From a virus (lineage: Duplodnaviria; Heunggongvirae; Uroviricota; Caudoviricetes), in the IMG/VR virus record IMGVR_UViG_3300033144_006348: a DNA stretch of 64,000 bases. One strand, given 5' to 3'. Each line of letters opens with the position of its first letter. Within the stretch, counting starts at the first letter, position 1. The notes below the pieces were generated by a model. The model made no database searches, had not been told where the DNA came from, and was given only the letters and a program-made list of their open reading frames with translations. Positions 1-9,287 of this stretch are shown in pieces. A program made the position numbers and the translations under genes.

Positions 1-749
1 ACTATACAATCTCCATTTATCCAGCTATATGTACATCCATCTGGAGGATTGGCTCCACCTAATAGATTCTGACCATTAGTTTGCCATGAATTAGTGTATA
101 TCCACAGTTTGTCACCCTCATAAACATATTTTGACACAGTATCAGTTGGGGGACCATTACTACAAATACCACATTGACTATCATTTACAGAGCCACTATA
201 AAACCACTCATATGTCCATTGACCGCCAGTATTTCTTATTACGATATTTATATCATTACCACACTCATCAACTACATGAACTGTGGCGGTTGGATCATAA
301 TTTACGCCGCATATTCCAGATTCAGAAGTCAGAATATTTTCTCCTGTGCTATCAGACCCATGAGCAAGACTATAACCGGTATCTCCAACAGACCAATAAT
401 AAGGAGGGCAACCACCTTGGACATACAATGTTATAGTTAATCCTGGAACTATAGTACTAGGAGTCCCAATGTCAGTTAAAACTAAACCTGTTGTGTCACA
501 GCAAAATTTAGTAGAACTTGATGAGCTTGAGCTTTGGAATGTATCAGTCCAAATACAAGAGATAGAAGATTCGCTAGAACTACTAGAAAAGGCAGAACTA
601 CTAGAGCTTGATGAGCTGCTTGAACTTGATCTACTTGAACTAGAGCTACTTGAACTTGAACTTGATCTGCTTGAACTTGAACTTGAACTAGAGCTTTCTG
701 AACTTGAACTAACTGAACTTGAACTGAAGAATAAGCTTGAATTACAAGT
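1..749 (-). CDS. Partial CDS running off the window start: poly-Ser linker then a Cys-containing C-terminal domain (..GGCPPYYWSVGDTGYS..CTYSWINGDC..). Likely the in-frame continuation of the tail-fibre gene 482..2752 after a -1 frame discontinuity near 726-750
   Basis: The minus-strand frame whose codon low coordinates are multiples of 3 contains no stop from 749 down to position 1. There is a stop at 750-752 and no ATG/GTG/TTG start downstream of it. The translation looks protein-like rather than random. Confidence 0.45.
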
Positions 750-2752
750 TTAGGTCTGCATCCTACATCAGGAGCTTCACTACTACAAAACTGAACTAAA
801 CCAAATGTTCGATTCCCACCTATCTTGGGATATCTTAAAATCCATCCGTATGGTTCATGATTTGCAAAAGCATATTGTACAGCTCTAGTGACATCCCAAT
901 CATACTCAGTGTTAGCTGCAGTTGGTATAATAGTGTCTTCAGCGTCATCTAAATGATTGGAACGACCAATAGCTCCTTGCGGTACCCAATAAATTCCTTC
1001 ATAAGGATTACTATTATAAATTCTAAACATCCAACTGACTTCGCCTTCTTGAACAGGGTCGCCAACTCCAGTTCCAGGCTCCCAATTGTCCAACATTCTA
1101 TGGACAGATATTTTAAATCCCGCTGGAACTACACTTGTAGTCTTTAGTATTAAAGTTGCTTCTGTTATGATCGGATTACTACTGTTAAGGAGGGTATATA
1201 AATCATTAAGACTAAACTTAAGTAGAGGTACAGATATTTCAGCTTGTTCTCTAACAACATCTAAGGTAGGATATGCTCCATAATTTGTATCTTGATCATT
1301 ACTATCAATAAAGGTGTCTTCAAGATCAAGGATATACCCAGAAGTTGAACTACTTGACTCACTTGAGCTAGAAGAACTCATACTTGATGAGCTAGAAGAG
1401 CTACTTGAACTTCTAGAACTACTTGATGAACTACTGCTTGAAGAACTTGACGAACTTGATTTACTAGATCCACTTGACGAACTAGAGGAACTTGAACTAG
1501 AGGAACTTGAACTGCTAGACAAACTGCTTGAACTACTACTACTTGAAGAAGATTTTGAGCTTGATGAGCTGCTTGATGAACTCATACTACTACTTGAACT
1601 ACTAGATGAATTTAGACATCGCCTAGCTGAAACATTATCAATATACCATGTAGAAGTTGTAGAATCTGGAGCTAAAAACTCAACTCGAGAACTAGGTCCA
1701 CCTTCTGGTTCTGACTCTTTGTATCTTCTGATGTAGTTCCACTGACCAAGACTAAGGCCGGTTATTTCAAACTCTAAAGTATTAGTTGAATCAATTCCGC
1801 TTCCATCGTACCATTTAACTGTGATACTATTATTATCTACTGGCCAAATCCAAAAACGTAGTATATAGAAAGCTCCTAACACTTGTGCAAAATCATCTGA
1901 TCTAATTCCATCACCAGTATTGTCAGTTCTTACCTTTCTCGAATATGGAAGGCCAGGAACATCTGTTGATCTTCTATTAATTAGTGGTGTGCCTACACTA
2001 TCCCAACAGCAAGTTGAGTCCATTGTTCCATTTGAAATTAATTCGCCACCAACAAAAAGGCACGGTGTAGATGAAGAACTAGATGAAGAACGACTACTAG
2101 ATGAAGATGAACTGGATAAGGAACTACTGCTCATTGACGAACTCGAACTACTTGATGAACTAGTTTCTCCAATATCGAGGTCTTTTGTGAATCCAACACT
2201 CGGATTTGTAATGGATGGGACACCAGTTGACATAACAGGATAGATATATTCATACGATTCAGTGATAGGCGTATCTAAAACAAGGAATTGTATAATAGAA
2301 GTTCTATCAGAATCTTCATATATTTCTAATGAACAAGTACTATCTGTTAAATCTCTATTAAGAGAACAGTAGTAATTTCCAGATGTCATATCAACTGCAG
2401 TAGAATTAGCTGCTGTTTCAAAGTCTCTTAGCGTTAAAGAAAATTCTCCATCAACCTGAGTTCTATATACTGCAAGACCATCTTGATTAACTACACAATC
2501 TGTAAGGGTTGTATTTGTCTCATCATCATTAACTAACCAGTGTACTTGTCTTGAAAAGTTAGCATCTAGTTCTAAACTAATTGTAAAAAGATGAGTAAAC
2601 GTTCCGAAGAAGTCTGGACCATAACTTTTTCTTGAATAGACGTTAGCAGCTCCATACAAATTATTTGCAGTGATCTTTGTAGGTGGGGCAACTACAAGAA
2701 AATTAGCAGTTGTGTCAATTGTCTCATATGTATTAAAATTTTGGAATGTCAT
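482..2752 (-). CDS. Tail fibre-like structural protein with two very long poly-Ser linkers. The C-terminal ~90 aa (VQVQLVQVQ...) look like an out-of-frame reading of a third Ser-coding repeat
   Basis: 756-aa ORF. Residue runs of about 30 and about 100 Ser. Globular segments between the linkers. Sits in the block with the other fibre genes. Confidence 0.6.
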   Translation of the reverse strand: MTFQNFNTYETIDTTANFLVVAPPTKITANNLYGAANVYSRKSYGPDFFGTFTHLFTISLELDANFSRQVHWLVNDDETNTTLTDCVVNQDGLAVYRTQVDGEFSLTLRDFETAANSTAVDMTSGNYYCSLNRDLTDSTCSLEIYEDSDRTSIIQFLVLDTPITESYEYIYPVMSTGVPSITNPSVGFTKDLDIGETSSSSSSSSSMSSSSLSSSSSSSSRSSSSSSSTPCLFVGGELISNGTMDSTCCWDSVGTPLINRRSTDVPGLPYSRKVRTDNTGDGIRSDDFAQVLGAFYILRFWIWPVDNNSITVKWYDGSGIDSTNTLEFEITGLSLGQWNYIRRYKESEPEGGPSSRVEFLAPDSTTSTWYIDNVSARRCLNSSSSSSSSMSSSSSSSSSKSSSSSSSSSSLSSSSSSSSSSSSSSSSGSSKSSSSSSSSSSSSSSSRSSSSSSSSSSMSSSSSSESSSSTSGYILDLEDTFIDSNDQDTNYGAYPTLDVVREQAEISVPLLKFSLNDLYTLLNSSNPIITEATLILKTTSVVPAGFKISVHRMLDNWEPGTGVGDPVQEGEVSWMFRIYNSNPYEGIYWVPQGAIGRSNHLDDAEDTIIPTAANTEYDWDVTRAVQYAFANHEPYGWILRYPKIGGNRTFGLVQFCSSEAPDVGCRPKLVIQAYSSVQVQLVQVQKALVQVQVQADQVQVQVALVQVDQVQAAHQALVVLPFLVVLANLLSLVFGLIHSKAQAHQVLLNFAVTQQV
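500..745. repeat. Tandem hexanucleotide repeat (GAACTTGAACTAGAGCT-type), the third poly-Ser-coding repeat of the fibre gene
   Basis: Period-6 repeats read directly. Encode Ser-Ser in the minus frame whose codon low coordinates are multiples of 3. Confidence 0.8.
1330..1625. repeat. Tandem hexanucleotide repeats encoding a ~100-residue poly-Ser linker
   Basis: Period-6 (AGTTCA/AGCTCA-like) repeats. SSSSSS... in the minus-strand ORF. Confidence 0.8.
2085..2175. repeat. Tandem hexanucleotide repeats encoding a ~30-residue poly-Ser linker
   Basis: Same repeat type as 1330-1625. Confidence 0.75.
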
Positions 2753-2880
2753 TCAGCTCCTTCTTTTATAATGGTCTACGCCGAACTACTTGAACTTCTA
2801 GAATTGTAGCTGTTCTAAAATTATCAAGTTTAAGAAATAAGTTCTATGTCTCCACATGCTCCAGCTAAATAGTTTAGAAT

Positions 2881-5800
2881 TTAGTAAATCAATAAATCTT
2901 TTACTTTAGCTTCTGTAATCCAGTCAGGAAAGATAAACTCCTGCCCCATTGTGGGATATAAATACCTATAACTTATACTAGTACCTGTGACGTTTAGAGT
3001 GTCAAGTAAAGCAAGCCTAGTCTCATCAGTATATATTTTTAGAGTTGTTGTTGTAATTGTTCTTTCAAGTGTCATATAGTATGATGTGGGATATGGTGGT
3101 GGTGCAAAAGTAAAATAAGTATCAACATTTATTACACCACCACCAGGTAAATCATAAAGGTATATAATTGTGCTACCTGCATCGAAATTTACTATTGCAT
3201 ATATTCCTTCATCCTTTGCAAAAAAGTCGAATTCTGTATTACTAGTACCATCGTTGCCTAGGGCAATAAACGGCATATTTCCCTGAATGCTATAATCAAT
3301 TATCTCGACAGTTATATCTATAAGCGTTGTTGTATCAAAATAATTAGATCCATAATCTCTTTGTATATAGCTGTCTGAAGTAGAAGGGATGTCATTTGCT
3401 GTTATAACTCTTGGAGATACAGAGAAATATCCTTCACTATCTGATTCTGTAAATTCTGTAAAATCTTCAAATGGTATTACTGATGTTGAACTGCTACTGC
3501 TGCTAGAAGAATTACTTGAAGAACTACTTGAGCTTCTAGATGAACTACTTAAACTACTTAAAGAAGATGAACTACTTGAGCTATTACTTGAACTTGAGCT
3601 ACTAGATGAACTACTTAAACTTGAAGAGCTACTTGAAGATAAGCTTGAACTACTTGAACTACTTCTAGAACTTGAGCTACTTGATGATCTTGAGCTTGAT
3701 GAACTAGAAGATGATCTTGAACTTGAACTTGAACTGCTTGATGAACTTCTACTTGAACTTGAGCTACTTGATTTTGATGAACTTGATGAACTACTCAATG
3801 AACTAGATGAACTACTTGAACTACTTCTAGAACTTAAACTACTTGATGAACTTGAGCTTTCAGATGAACTACTTGTTGATGATGAAGAACTGCTTGTACT
3901 TGTACTTGAGCTAGATGAACTAGAGACAGTTAGTAGTTTGTAGTATAGCATTAATGTAATATAATCTACATTGTTAGCTCCACCAGATGGAGACCCTTCA
4001 ACTCTGATTACATATCCTTCATCTTTAGTTACCGAATCAAACTCATTTTCGTCACCTGTAAAATAGTTATCAAAATCTAACTGTTTTAGAGTGACTATTG
4101 TATTGTTCGCCCAGATCTGACCAACAGAAGGATTATAAGATCTATCAAATAAACCAGTTCTGAGATGATCAGTAATCTGATCTGCACCCGACCCTGAATC
4201 AATACCTATATCTTCAAGTCGAATAAAAGATGCTTTTCTATTCCCATCATCTTGTACTTTCCACATTATTAACTGGAAGTCCCCGCTGTTGTTTTGAGCA
4301 AAGGCATCTAACCTGTAACCAATGATCTTGAAATCCCTATTTCCAAGGTCTGGATAGCCGATAACTCCATAATCATAATCTATGCCAGAAATTGTTCCAC
4401 TAGTAACATCAATATTTGTAACTTCCCACCACTTTTTAGTTGTCTGATAGTACTGACTAGCTGTTGTATCAATGTCAATTATTTCAGTATCACCAATGAC
4501 TGGTATTGCAGTAGATTCGCTTAGTGATGTACCTGTGATTATCATCTCACCACCAGTTGTTATTGAGTTAACTAAAATAAAAACATGTTGATTAGACACT
4601 GCCCAATCAGCTGCTACGTCTCCAGTTTCTCCTGAATCAACAGTCCTAAATTCTCCAGCAAGGGGAATTTGGTTGTCGGTGACACCAGCCATCGGAAGAG
4701 TATAAGTTACGACTCTTAGTCTATCTTTTAAATTATCATCAACATAAGTCTTTACAGCTGCCTGAGTTGGAATTGTAGTATTAGATGATCCCTCTCCATC
4801 CATACCGGAATTGGTTGAAATGTTATTAACTGAAGCTCCAATAGGTAGGGTTAGATTTCCTCCAACATTTACACCACCATCAACTTCCAAATCTCCAGCA
4901 GATTCACTTAAACTAACTGTACCTGAACCAAGATTAATAAGAGTTGAAATAGTTGCTGTACCATCAACAAATAAATCATTATTAATTGTAACGTCGCCTT
5001 CAAATCTATTTTGAGAAGTTGCGCCTGCCGAATAAAGATTGTAATCATTAGCAAAACCAGCTGCTGATTGGTCTTCAATATATAATCCATATAGATTAGT
5101 TTGTGTTCCAGTTGGATTAAAACCAGGAGCTTGAACTAAAACACCATATCCATCTGTAATATCAACTTCTCCTGAACCAAGATCAAGTAGTTGAAAGCTT
5201 CCAGCTATTGCTGTAGTAAGAGTAACTCCTGACATACCAAATGAACTACCAACAGCAAACTTACCACCTATTATTGTAGAAATTGTTGCGCTATTACCAG
5301 TGACTACGCCAGAACCTGATATACCAATTGCTTCTGTAACGGTACTACCTGTATTTATTGCAGCTGCAGCATTTATACCATTAACTAAAAGATGCTGTGC
5401 GCCTGCTGTATGGTTGGCTTGTAATAATAAACCAGTTGTAGTATTTGCAGCTCCACTAGCTTCAGAGTTTGCTACTAATACTACACCAGTCGCACCACCA
5501 GTGAAAGTAGAATCAAAAGTATCTCTAATATTTAAAATAACCCCATATGTTGGAAATCCTGGTACATCTATATCTGCATCTCCACCTATAGCGCTATGAC
5601 CTTCAATTTTAGCACCACCACTGACAAGTAAATCACCAGCAGATTCACTTAAACTAACTGTACCAGAACCAAGATTTATAAGATTTGTTATAGTTGCAGT
5701 TCCATCAACAACTAGATCTTGAGTTGTAATTTCAAAATTTCCAGCATCCCAGTTAGCTGTTAAAGGAGTAGTTCCATTTTTCTTTAAAAACGCCGTATCA

Positions 5801-7692
5801 GCATAATCATAGATTAACTTAGCTGTAGATAACTGATCATCAGTAGAAGCAGCACTAATTGAATCAGAATCAAGAACACTTAGAATCTCATTTACAGTGG
5901 CTTCATTGCCACCGGTCTGTAAGCCGAGACCGTCCGCAGTAAGATACATAACATTACTACCACCAGCCTCGAAGTATATTGTTTCATTTGTCTGATGTAC
6001 CTTGATTCCAAACGAGGCACCTGAATACATACCAGTAACGCCAGAGGTAGCATAGAATAGTGAATTATCTGCATTGGCGCCATAGATGTCGAAATCACCA
6101 TAACTAGCACCAGCCTCTGTATACCAAGATATAGAATTGGCATAACTATTGAAATCTTCACCAAGGAATAAGTAATCCCAAGGTACATTCAAACCGAGCA
6201 CTGGGTTACCATCAACTTCTACTAGAAAAGTATCATTAGCATAATCAAGATTAAAATTGGTATTAGTGGTTCCAAGTGAAATAACATTAGGAGTTATTGT
6301 TAGATGATTGGTACCAGTAATATCTACAGTGAATACATCATTTCCATAGTCTACTTCTATATTGGTTCCCACGCTTGAACCAAGCCCTATAACTGGACTT
6401 GCTGAATATAAACCATCATGAATAGATTGAGTTAAATGATAAAATTCGTCTGCTGTACTATCTCCACCTTGAAGTCCTAGAAGTTCATTATGTTCATCAA
6501 CTGTATCTATTTGAGCATCTACATAAGTCTTAACAGCCTTCTCTGTAGGGGCCGCATCATCTGAATTACCGGCGAGGGTTCCATCAATTGAGAACTCATT
6601 TATAGAAGCACCGGCTTTCAGAGAGACACCGTCCGTATCAATTCGCATCTCAGCAACATTGTCTGCCTCAAACTGTATCGCCGTAGAGGCTTGCCATATT
6701 TGTATATTGGTACCATTCGTAGGACCTAAAAAGGTTGTACCCGCAGAAAGCTGTAAGTACAAAGCATTTGGCTTTATGAAGCCTTTAATCTGGCCAGCTC
6801 CTTCCGCATCAGAATCTACCTCAATATAAGTATCCGCCGGAGTACCTAATTTAATTACCGTATTTTTAGTAGCAGAAATCTGAAGCTCTTCGTGAAGATT
6901 AAGATGATAGTATTCATCAGTATCTCCACCTTGAAGACCTTGTAGTTCATTATGTTCATCAACTGTATCTATTTGAGTATCAACATAAGATTTTATTGCT
7001 TGTTCAGTTACTAAGAGTGATGTACTATCGCCAGTTAAACTATTATTAGTTGAAACTCCAGTAATAGTTGGACCAGATGATAAAGTTATATCTGAAGTTA
7101 AAGTTCCTCCGCTAACTACTAAATCTCCAGCAGATTCACTAAGACTAACTGTACCAGAACCAAGATTTATAAGATTTGTTATAGTTGCAGTTCCATCAAC
7201 AACTAGGTCTTGAGTTGTAATTTCAAAGTTTCCAGCATCCCAATTACCTGTAAGTGGTAATGAACCATCTCTGAGTAAATAGTCATTATTTACTATAGAG
7301 TTATAATCGGCAAGCGTTAGATGGTAATATTGATTAGTACTATCTCCACCTTGAATATTTAGAAGCTCATTATGTTCGTCTACTCCAGCTATTTGATTAT
7401 CAACGTAAGTTTTTACAGCGTTTTCAGTTGGCAACGAAGTTGAAGAAGCACCCGCTAAAGTTGTATCATTAGAAAACTCATTAACAATAACTCCTGCTGT
7501 TACAGCTAATGTCGTAAACTCTCCTGTACCTGAAACTAAATCACCGATAGGACCAGGTTTTCCAAGTAAGTTTTGTTTTGAAATATTTTTAGTATTTGCG
7601 AAAGGCTGGTCAAAGTCAACAATGGCAAGTAAATCTGCTGGAGCAGCCTGTGCTAATGATACTAAATCTCTGATCTTTTCATCGTCGGCCAT
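2881..7692 (-). CDS. Giant tail fibre / structural protein (1603 aa) with internal repeated modules and a ~170-residue poly-Ser linker
   Basis: N-terminus MADDEKIRDLVSLAQAAPADLLAIVDFD.. looks fibre-like. The module GNFEITTQDLVVDGTATITNLINLGSGTVSLSESAGDL occurs 3 times, and KTYVDxQIxxVDEHNELxGLQGGD..YHL occurs 4 times. Long uninterrupted ORF. Confidence 0.7.
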   Translation of the reverse strand: MADDEKIRDLVSLAQAAPADLLAIVDFDQPFANTKNISKQNLLGKPGPIGDLVSGTGEFTTLAVTAGVIVNEFSNDTTLAGASSTSLPTENAVKTYVDNQIAGVDEHNELLNIQGGDSTNQYYHLTLADYNSIVNNDYLLRDGSLPLTGNWDAGNFEITTQDLVVDGTATITNLINLGSGTVSLSESAGDLVVSGGTLTSDITLSSGPTITGVSTNNSLTGDSTSLLVTEQAIKSYVDTQIDTVDEHNELQGLQGGDTDEYYHLNLHEELQISATKNTVIKLGTPADTYIEVDSDAEGAGQIKGFIKPNALYLQLSAGTTFLGPTNGTNIQIWQASTAIQFEADNVAEMRIDTDGVSLKAGASINEFSIDGTLAGNSDDAAPTEKAVKTYVDAQIDTVDEHNELLGLQGGDSTADEFYHLTQSIHDGLYSASPVIGLGSSVGTNIEVDYGNDVFTVDITGTNHLTITPNVISLGTTNTNFNLDYANDTFLVEVDGNPVLGLNVPWDYLFLGEDFNSYANSISWYTEAGASYGDFDIYGANADNSLFYATSGVTGMYSGASFGIKVHQTNETIYFEAGGSNVMYLTADGLGLQTGGNEATVNEILSVLDSDSISAASTDDQLSTAKLIYDYADTAFLKKNGTTPLTANWDAGNFEITTQDLVVDGTATITNLINLGSGTVSLSESAGDLLVSGGAKIEGHSAIGGDADIDVPGFPTYGVILNIRDTFDSTFTGGATGVVLVANSEASGAANTTTGLLLQANHTAGAQHLLVNGINAAAAINTGSTVTEAIGISGSGVVTGNSATISTIIGGKFAVGSSFGMSGVTLTTAIAGSFQLLDLGSGEVDITDGYGVLVQAPGFNPTGTQTNLYGLYIEDQSAAGFANDYNLYSAGATSQNRFEGDVTINNDLFVDGTATISTLINLGSGTVSLSESAGDLEVDGGVNVGGNLTLPIGASVNNISTNSGMDGEGSSNTTIPTQAAVKTYVDDNLKDRLRVVTYTLPMAGVTDNQIPLAGEFRTVDSGETGDVAADWAVSNQHVFILVNSITTGGEMIITGTSLSESTAIPVIGDTEIIDIDTTASQYYQTTKKWWEVTNIDVTSGTISGIDYDYGVIGYPDLGNRDFKIIGYRLDAFAQNNSGDFQLIMWKVQDDGNRKASFIRLEDIGIDSGSGADQITDHLRTGLFDRSYNPSVGQIWANNTIVTLKQLDFDNYFTGDENEFDSVTKDEGYVIRVEGSPSGGANNVDYITLMLYYKLLTVSSSSSSSTSTSSSSSSTSSSSESSSSSSSLSSRSSSSSSSSSLSSSSSSSKSSSSSSSRSSSSSSSSSSRSSSSSSSSRSSSSSSSRSSSSSSSLSSSSSSSLSSSSSSSSSSNSSSSSSSLSSLSSSSRSSSSSSSNSSSSSSSSTSVIPFEDFTEFTESDSEGYFSVSPRVITANDIPSTSDSYIQRDYGSNYFDTTTLIDITVEIIDYSIQGNMPFIALGNDGTSNTEFDFFAKDEGIYAIVNFDAGSTIIYLYDLPGGGVINVDTYFTFAPPPYPTSYYMTLERTITTTTLKIYTDETRLALLDTLNVTGTSISYRYLYPTMGQEFIFPDWITEAKVKDLLIY
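3485..3905. repeat. Tandem hexanucleotide repeats encoding a ~170-residue Ser-rich linker in the giant fibre gene
   Basis: Period-6 repeats with occasional R/L/K/N/T interruptions. Confidence 0.8.
5636..5762. repeat. Intragenic direct repeat copy A (~125 bp, ~95% identical to copy B at 7126-7257)
   Basis: AGATTCACT[T/A]A[A/G]ACTAACTGTACCAGAACCAAGATTTATAAGATTTGTTATAGTTGCAGTTCCATCAACAACTAG[A/G]TCTTGAGTTGTAATTTCAAA[A/G]TTTCCAGCATCCCA. A more diverged third copy lies at 4895-4980. Confidence 0.75.
7126..7257. repeat. Intragenic direct repeat copy B
   Basis: See copy A. Confidence 0.75.
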
Positions 7693-7712
7693 ATCTCTGT
7701 GTCCTATTTTCC

Positions 7713-8012
7713 TTAAATTTTAAATAAAACTTGTGTTCCGACACTTGTCGGATCTTTGTCATATAAGTCTTGTAACCTATTTCCAATAAGGGTGGGAGAT
7801 TTACTAGCTCTTTGCTTCGCTAGGGCTTCCAATGTCTGCAATTTTTCTAATGCTTGATACGCAGCCTCAAAGATGTGAATCTCCTCCGGATCAGGGTCCT
7901 CTTTATTCTCTAAATGCTCTAAAAGAAAAGTAAGAGATTCTAACATAGGTTTGACTTCTTTTGAGTGCAGCTCCTGTAGAAATATGGAGATAATCTTATT
8001 TGAGTTTGGCAT
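7713..8012 (-). CDS. Hypothetical protein (99 aa), possible fibre assembly/accessory protein by position
   Basis: ORF immediately downstream of the giant fibre gene. No recognisable motif. Confidence 0.35.
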   Translation of the reverse strand: MPNSNKIISIFLQELHSKEVKPMLESLTFLLEHLENKEDPDPEEIHIFEAAYQALEKLQTLEALAKQRASKSPTLIGNRLQDLYDKDPTSVGTQVLFKI

Positions 8013-8092
8013 AACCTAAATGCTCCTCTGGTTTATGAAATATTCTAAACATATATTTTTATTTTTAATTCTTAAAAAACACTCTTACTAAT

Positions 8093-8971
8093 TTATGCAA
8101 CAACTGTTACATGGACTGTAACTGTATCAACTGGCATCCAAATCCTTACATTTGTAGCACTTGTAAACTCTATATTTGCAGGAGTAATAATGTAATCATC
8201 ACTATCTCTTCTAACACTTACAATGGCGTTCATAGTAGATAGTGTTGTAATATCCACATCGGCACGAAAAATCCCTGCATCAGCTGTCCAACCTCCTGGA
8301 GCCGTGATTGTTTGGTTTACACTTATAACATTCCCTGCAAATGTCCAACCTGTTTCACCACCGTAATAGTATTGGTCCGTACTCTTCACATATAAAATTC
8401 TACCTTGATGTTGTAATCTGACAAAGGTTGGAAGGAATATTTCTGTACTGGCATATTGTTGGATAGATATTCGTTGAACATCTGTGTCTTCAGGATCATA
8501 GTCCCATAGACTTACTATTACATTAAAACCGCCAACATCTTCGACTTTGGCTGCTTTTAGGAAGGTTAAATTTGAATTGGGGTAGGTTCCTCTTTCTGAA
8601 GGTCTCAAAATTTTAATACGACCTTGTGGGGCAGGTCTCGATTTTATAAATTCGTATTCAAAAGTTATATAATAATAACCTGTTTCATTTAAAGTACCAT
8701 TAGGATTAAAATAGTGATTGGAGTCCATAAAATCAACAGTGAAATCAGATGTAATAAATATTTGCATATCATCTTTAAATATGATACCTGTAGTAACAAT
8801 AGCTTGTGTTGCTACGGTTCCATCAGTTACATCTAAATCATTTGGCCCGTTAAGCCAACCACTTTGATCTGTGACTCTAGTCACCATTCTAGTCAACTGA
8901 TTCACTATATCACTACCATAAGATGCAAATGGGTCTACCGTTCTTTCTTGATCTGGGATATTAGTAGCCAT
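8093..8971 (-). CDS. Putative tail/baseplate structural protein (292 aa)
   Basis: Beta-rich composition (T/V/N/G rich). Located in the fibre block. Its RBS is CTCCTT read on the plus strand. Confidence 0.4.
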   Translation of the reverse strand: MATNIPDQERTVDPFASYGSDIVNQLTRMVTRVTDQSGWLNGPNDLDVTDGTVATQAIVTTGIIFKDDMQIFITSDFTVDFMDSNHYFNPNGTLNETGYYYITFEYEFIKSRPAPQGRIKILRPSERGTYPNSNLTFLKAAKVEDVGGFNVIVSLWDYDPEDTDVQRISIQQYASTEIFLPTFVRLQHQGRILYVKSTDQYYYGGETGWTFAGNVISVNQTITAPGGWTADAGIFRADVDITTLSTMNAIVSVRRDSDDYIITPANIEFTSATNVRIWMPVDTVTVHVTVVA

Positions 8972-9046
8972 TAGATAAACTCTCCTTACTTAAAAACTCT
9001 AGTTTTTATATATTATGACGATAAGAATAGTACCGGAATCTTTATT

Positions 9047-9056
9047 TTTTGTTCTA
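9047..9056 (+). promoter_or_regulatory. TTTTGTTCTA box copy
   Basis: Same 10-mer at 9261-9270, 9963-9972, 21724-21733 (with T) and 35259-35268. Lies 30-80 nt from gene starts, in either orientation. Confidence 0.3.
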
Positions 9057-9117
9057 AATTTTTATTCTTATTGGATATCAACGAAAGGAAATTGGATTAG
9101 TTTAAAGTTCCTTATTC

Positions 9118-9132
9118 TATATATATTAATAA
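9118..9132 (+). promoter_or_regulatory. Conserved 15-mer TATATATATTAATAA (copy 1 of 4), promoter/TATA-box-like
   Basis: Exact 15-mer recurs at 21734, 45567 and 49546, always intergenic. Position anchored on the stop of 9288..9932. Confidence 0.35.
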
Positions 9133-9174
9133 CAAATAGGAGCTTGTTCTTATTGTTTGGTAGGATTTAATCAG

Positions 9175-9210
9175 CGAAAAAAGCGGGGTACCACTCATCC
9201 GTAGTACCCC
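9175..9210 (-). terminator. Intrinsic terminator for minus-strand gene 9288..9932
   Basis: Hairpin GGGGTACCACTCATCCGTAGTACCCC. On the minus strand it is followed by TTTTTTCG. Confidence 0.5.
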
Positions 9211-9287
9211 ATAACATAGTCGATAATTTCATACTTTTAAGTGAATTGTAAATATTTAATTTTTGTTCTAAAAAAATATGGACATTG

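Noticed and set aside
131-440. Plus-strand ORFs 131..436 and 174..440 at the window start
   Set aside because: They overlap the continuously open minus-strand frame that encodes a plausible Cys-containing fibre domain. Their composition (H/Y/Q-rich) is not protein-like.
469-753. Plus-strand ORFs 469..753, 1314..1736, 1920..2243 and 3389..3943, encoding ELLELDELLE-type low-complexity proteins
   Set aside because: They are the reverse-complement reading of the Ser-coding hexanucleotide repeats inside the minus-strand fibre genes, so they are mirror artefacts and not genes.
500-3905. Regularly spaced short direct repeats that might suggest a CRISPR array
   Set aside because: The period is 6 nt with no spacers of 25-40 nt. 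The repeats are in-frame codon repeats inside long ORFs, so this is not a CRISPR array.
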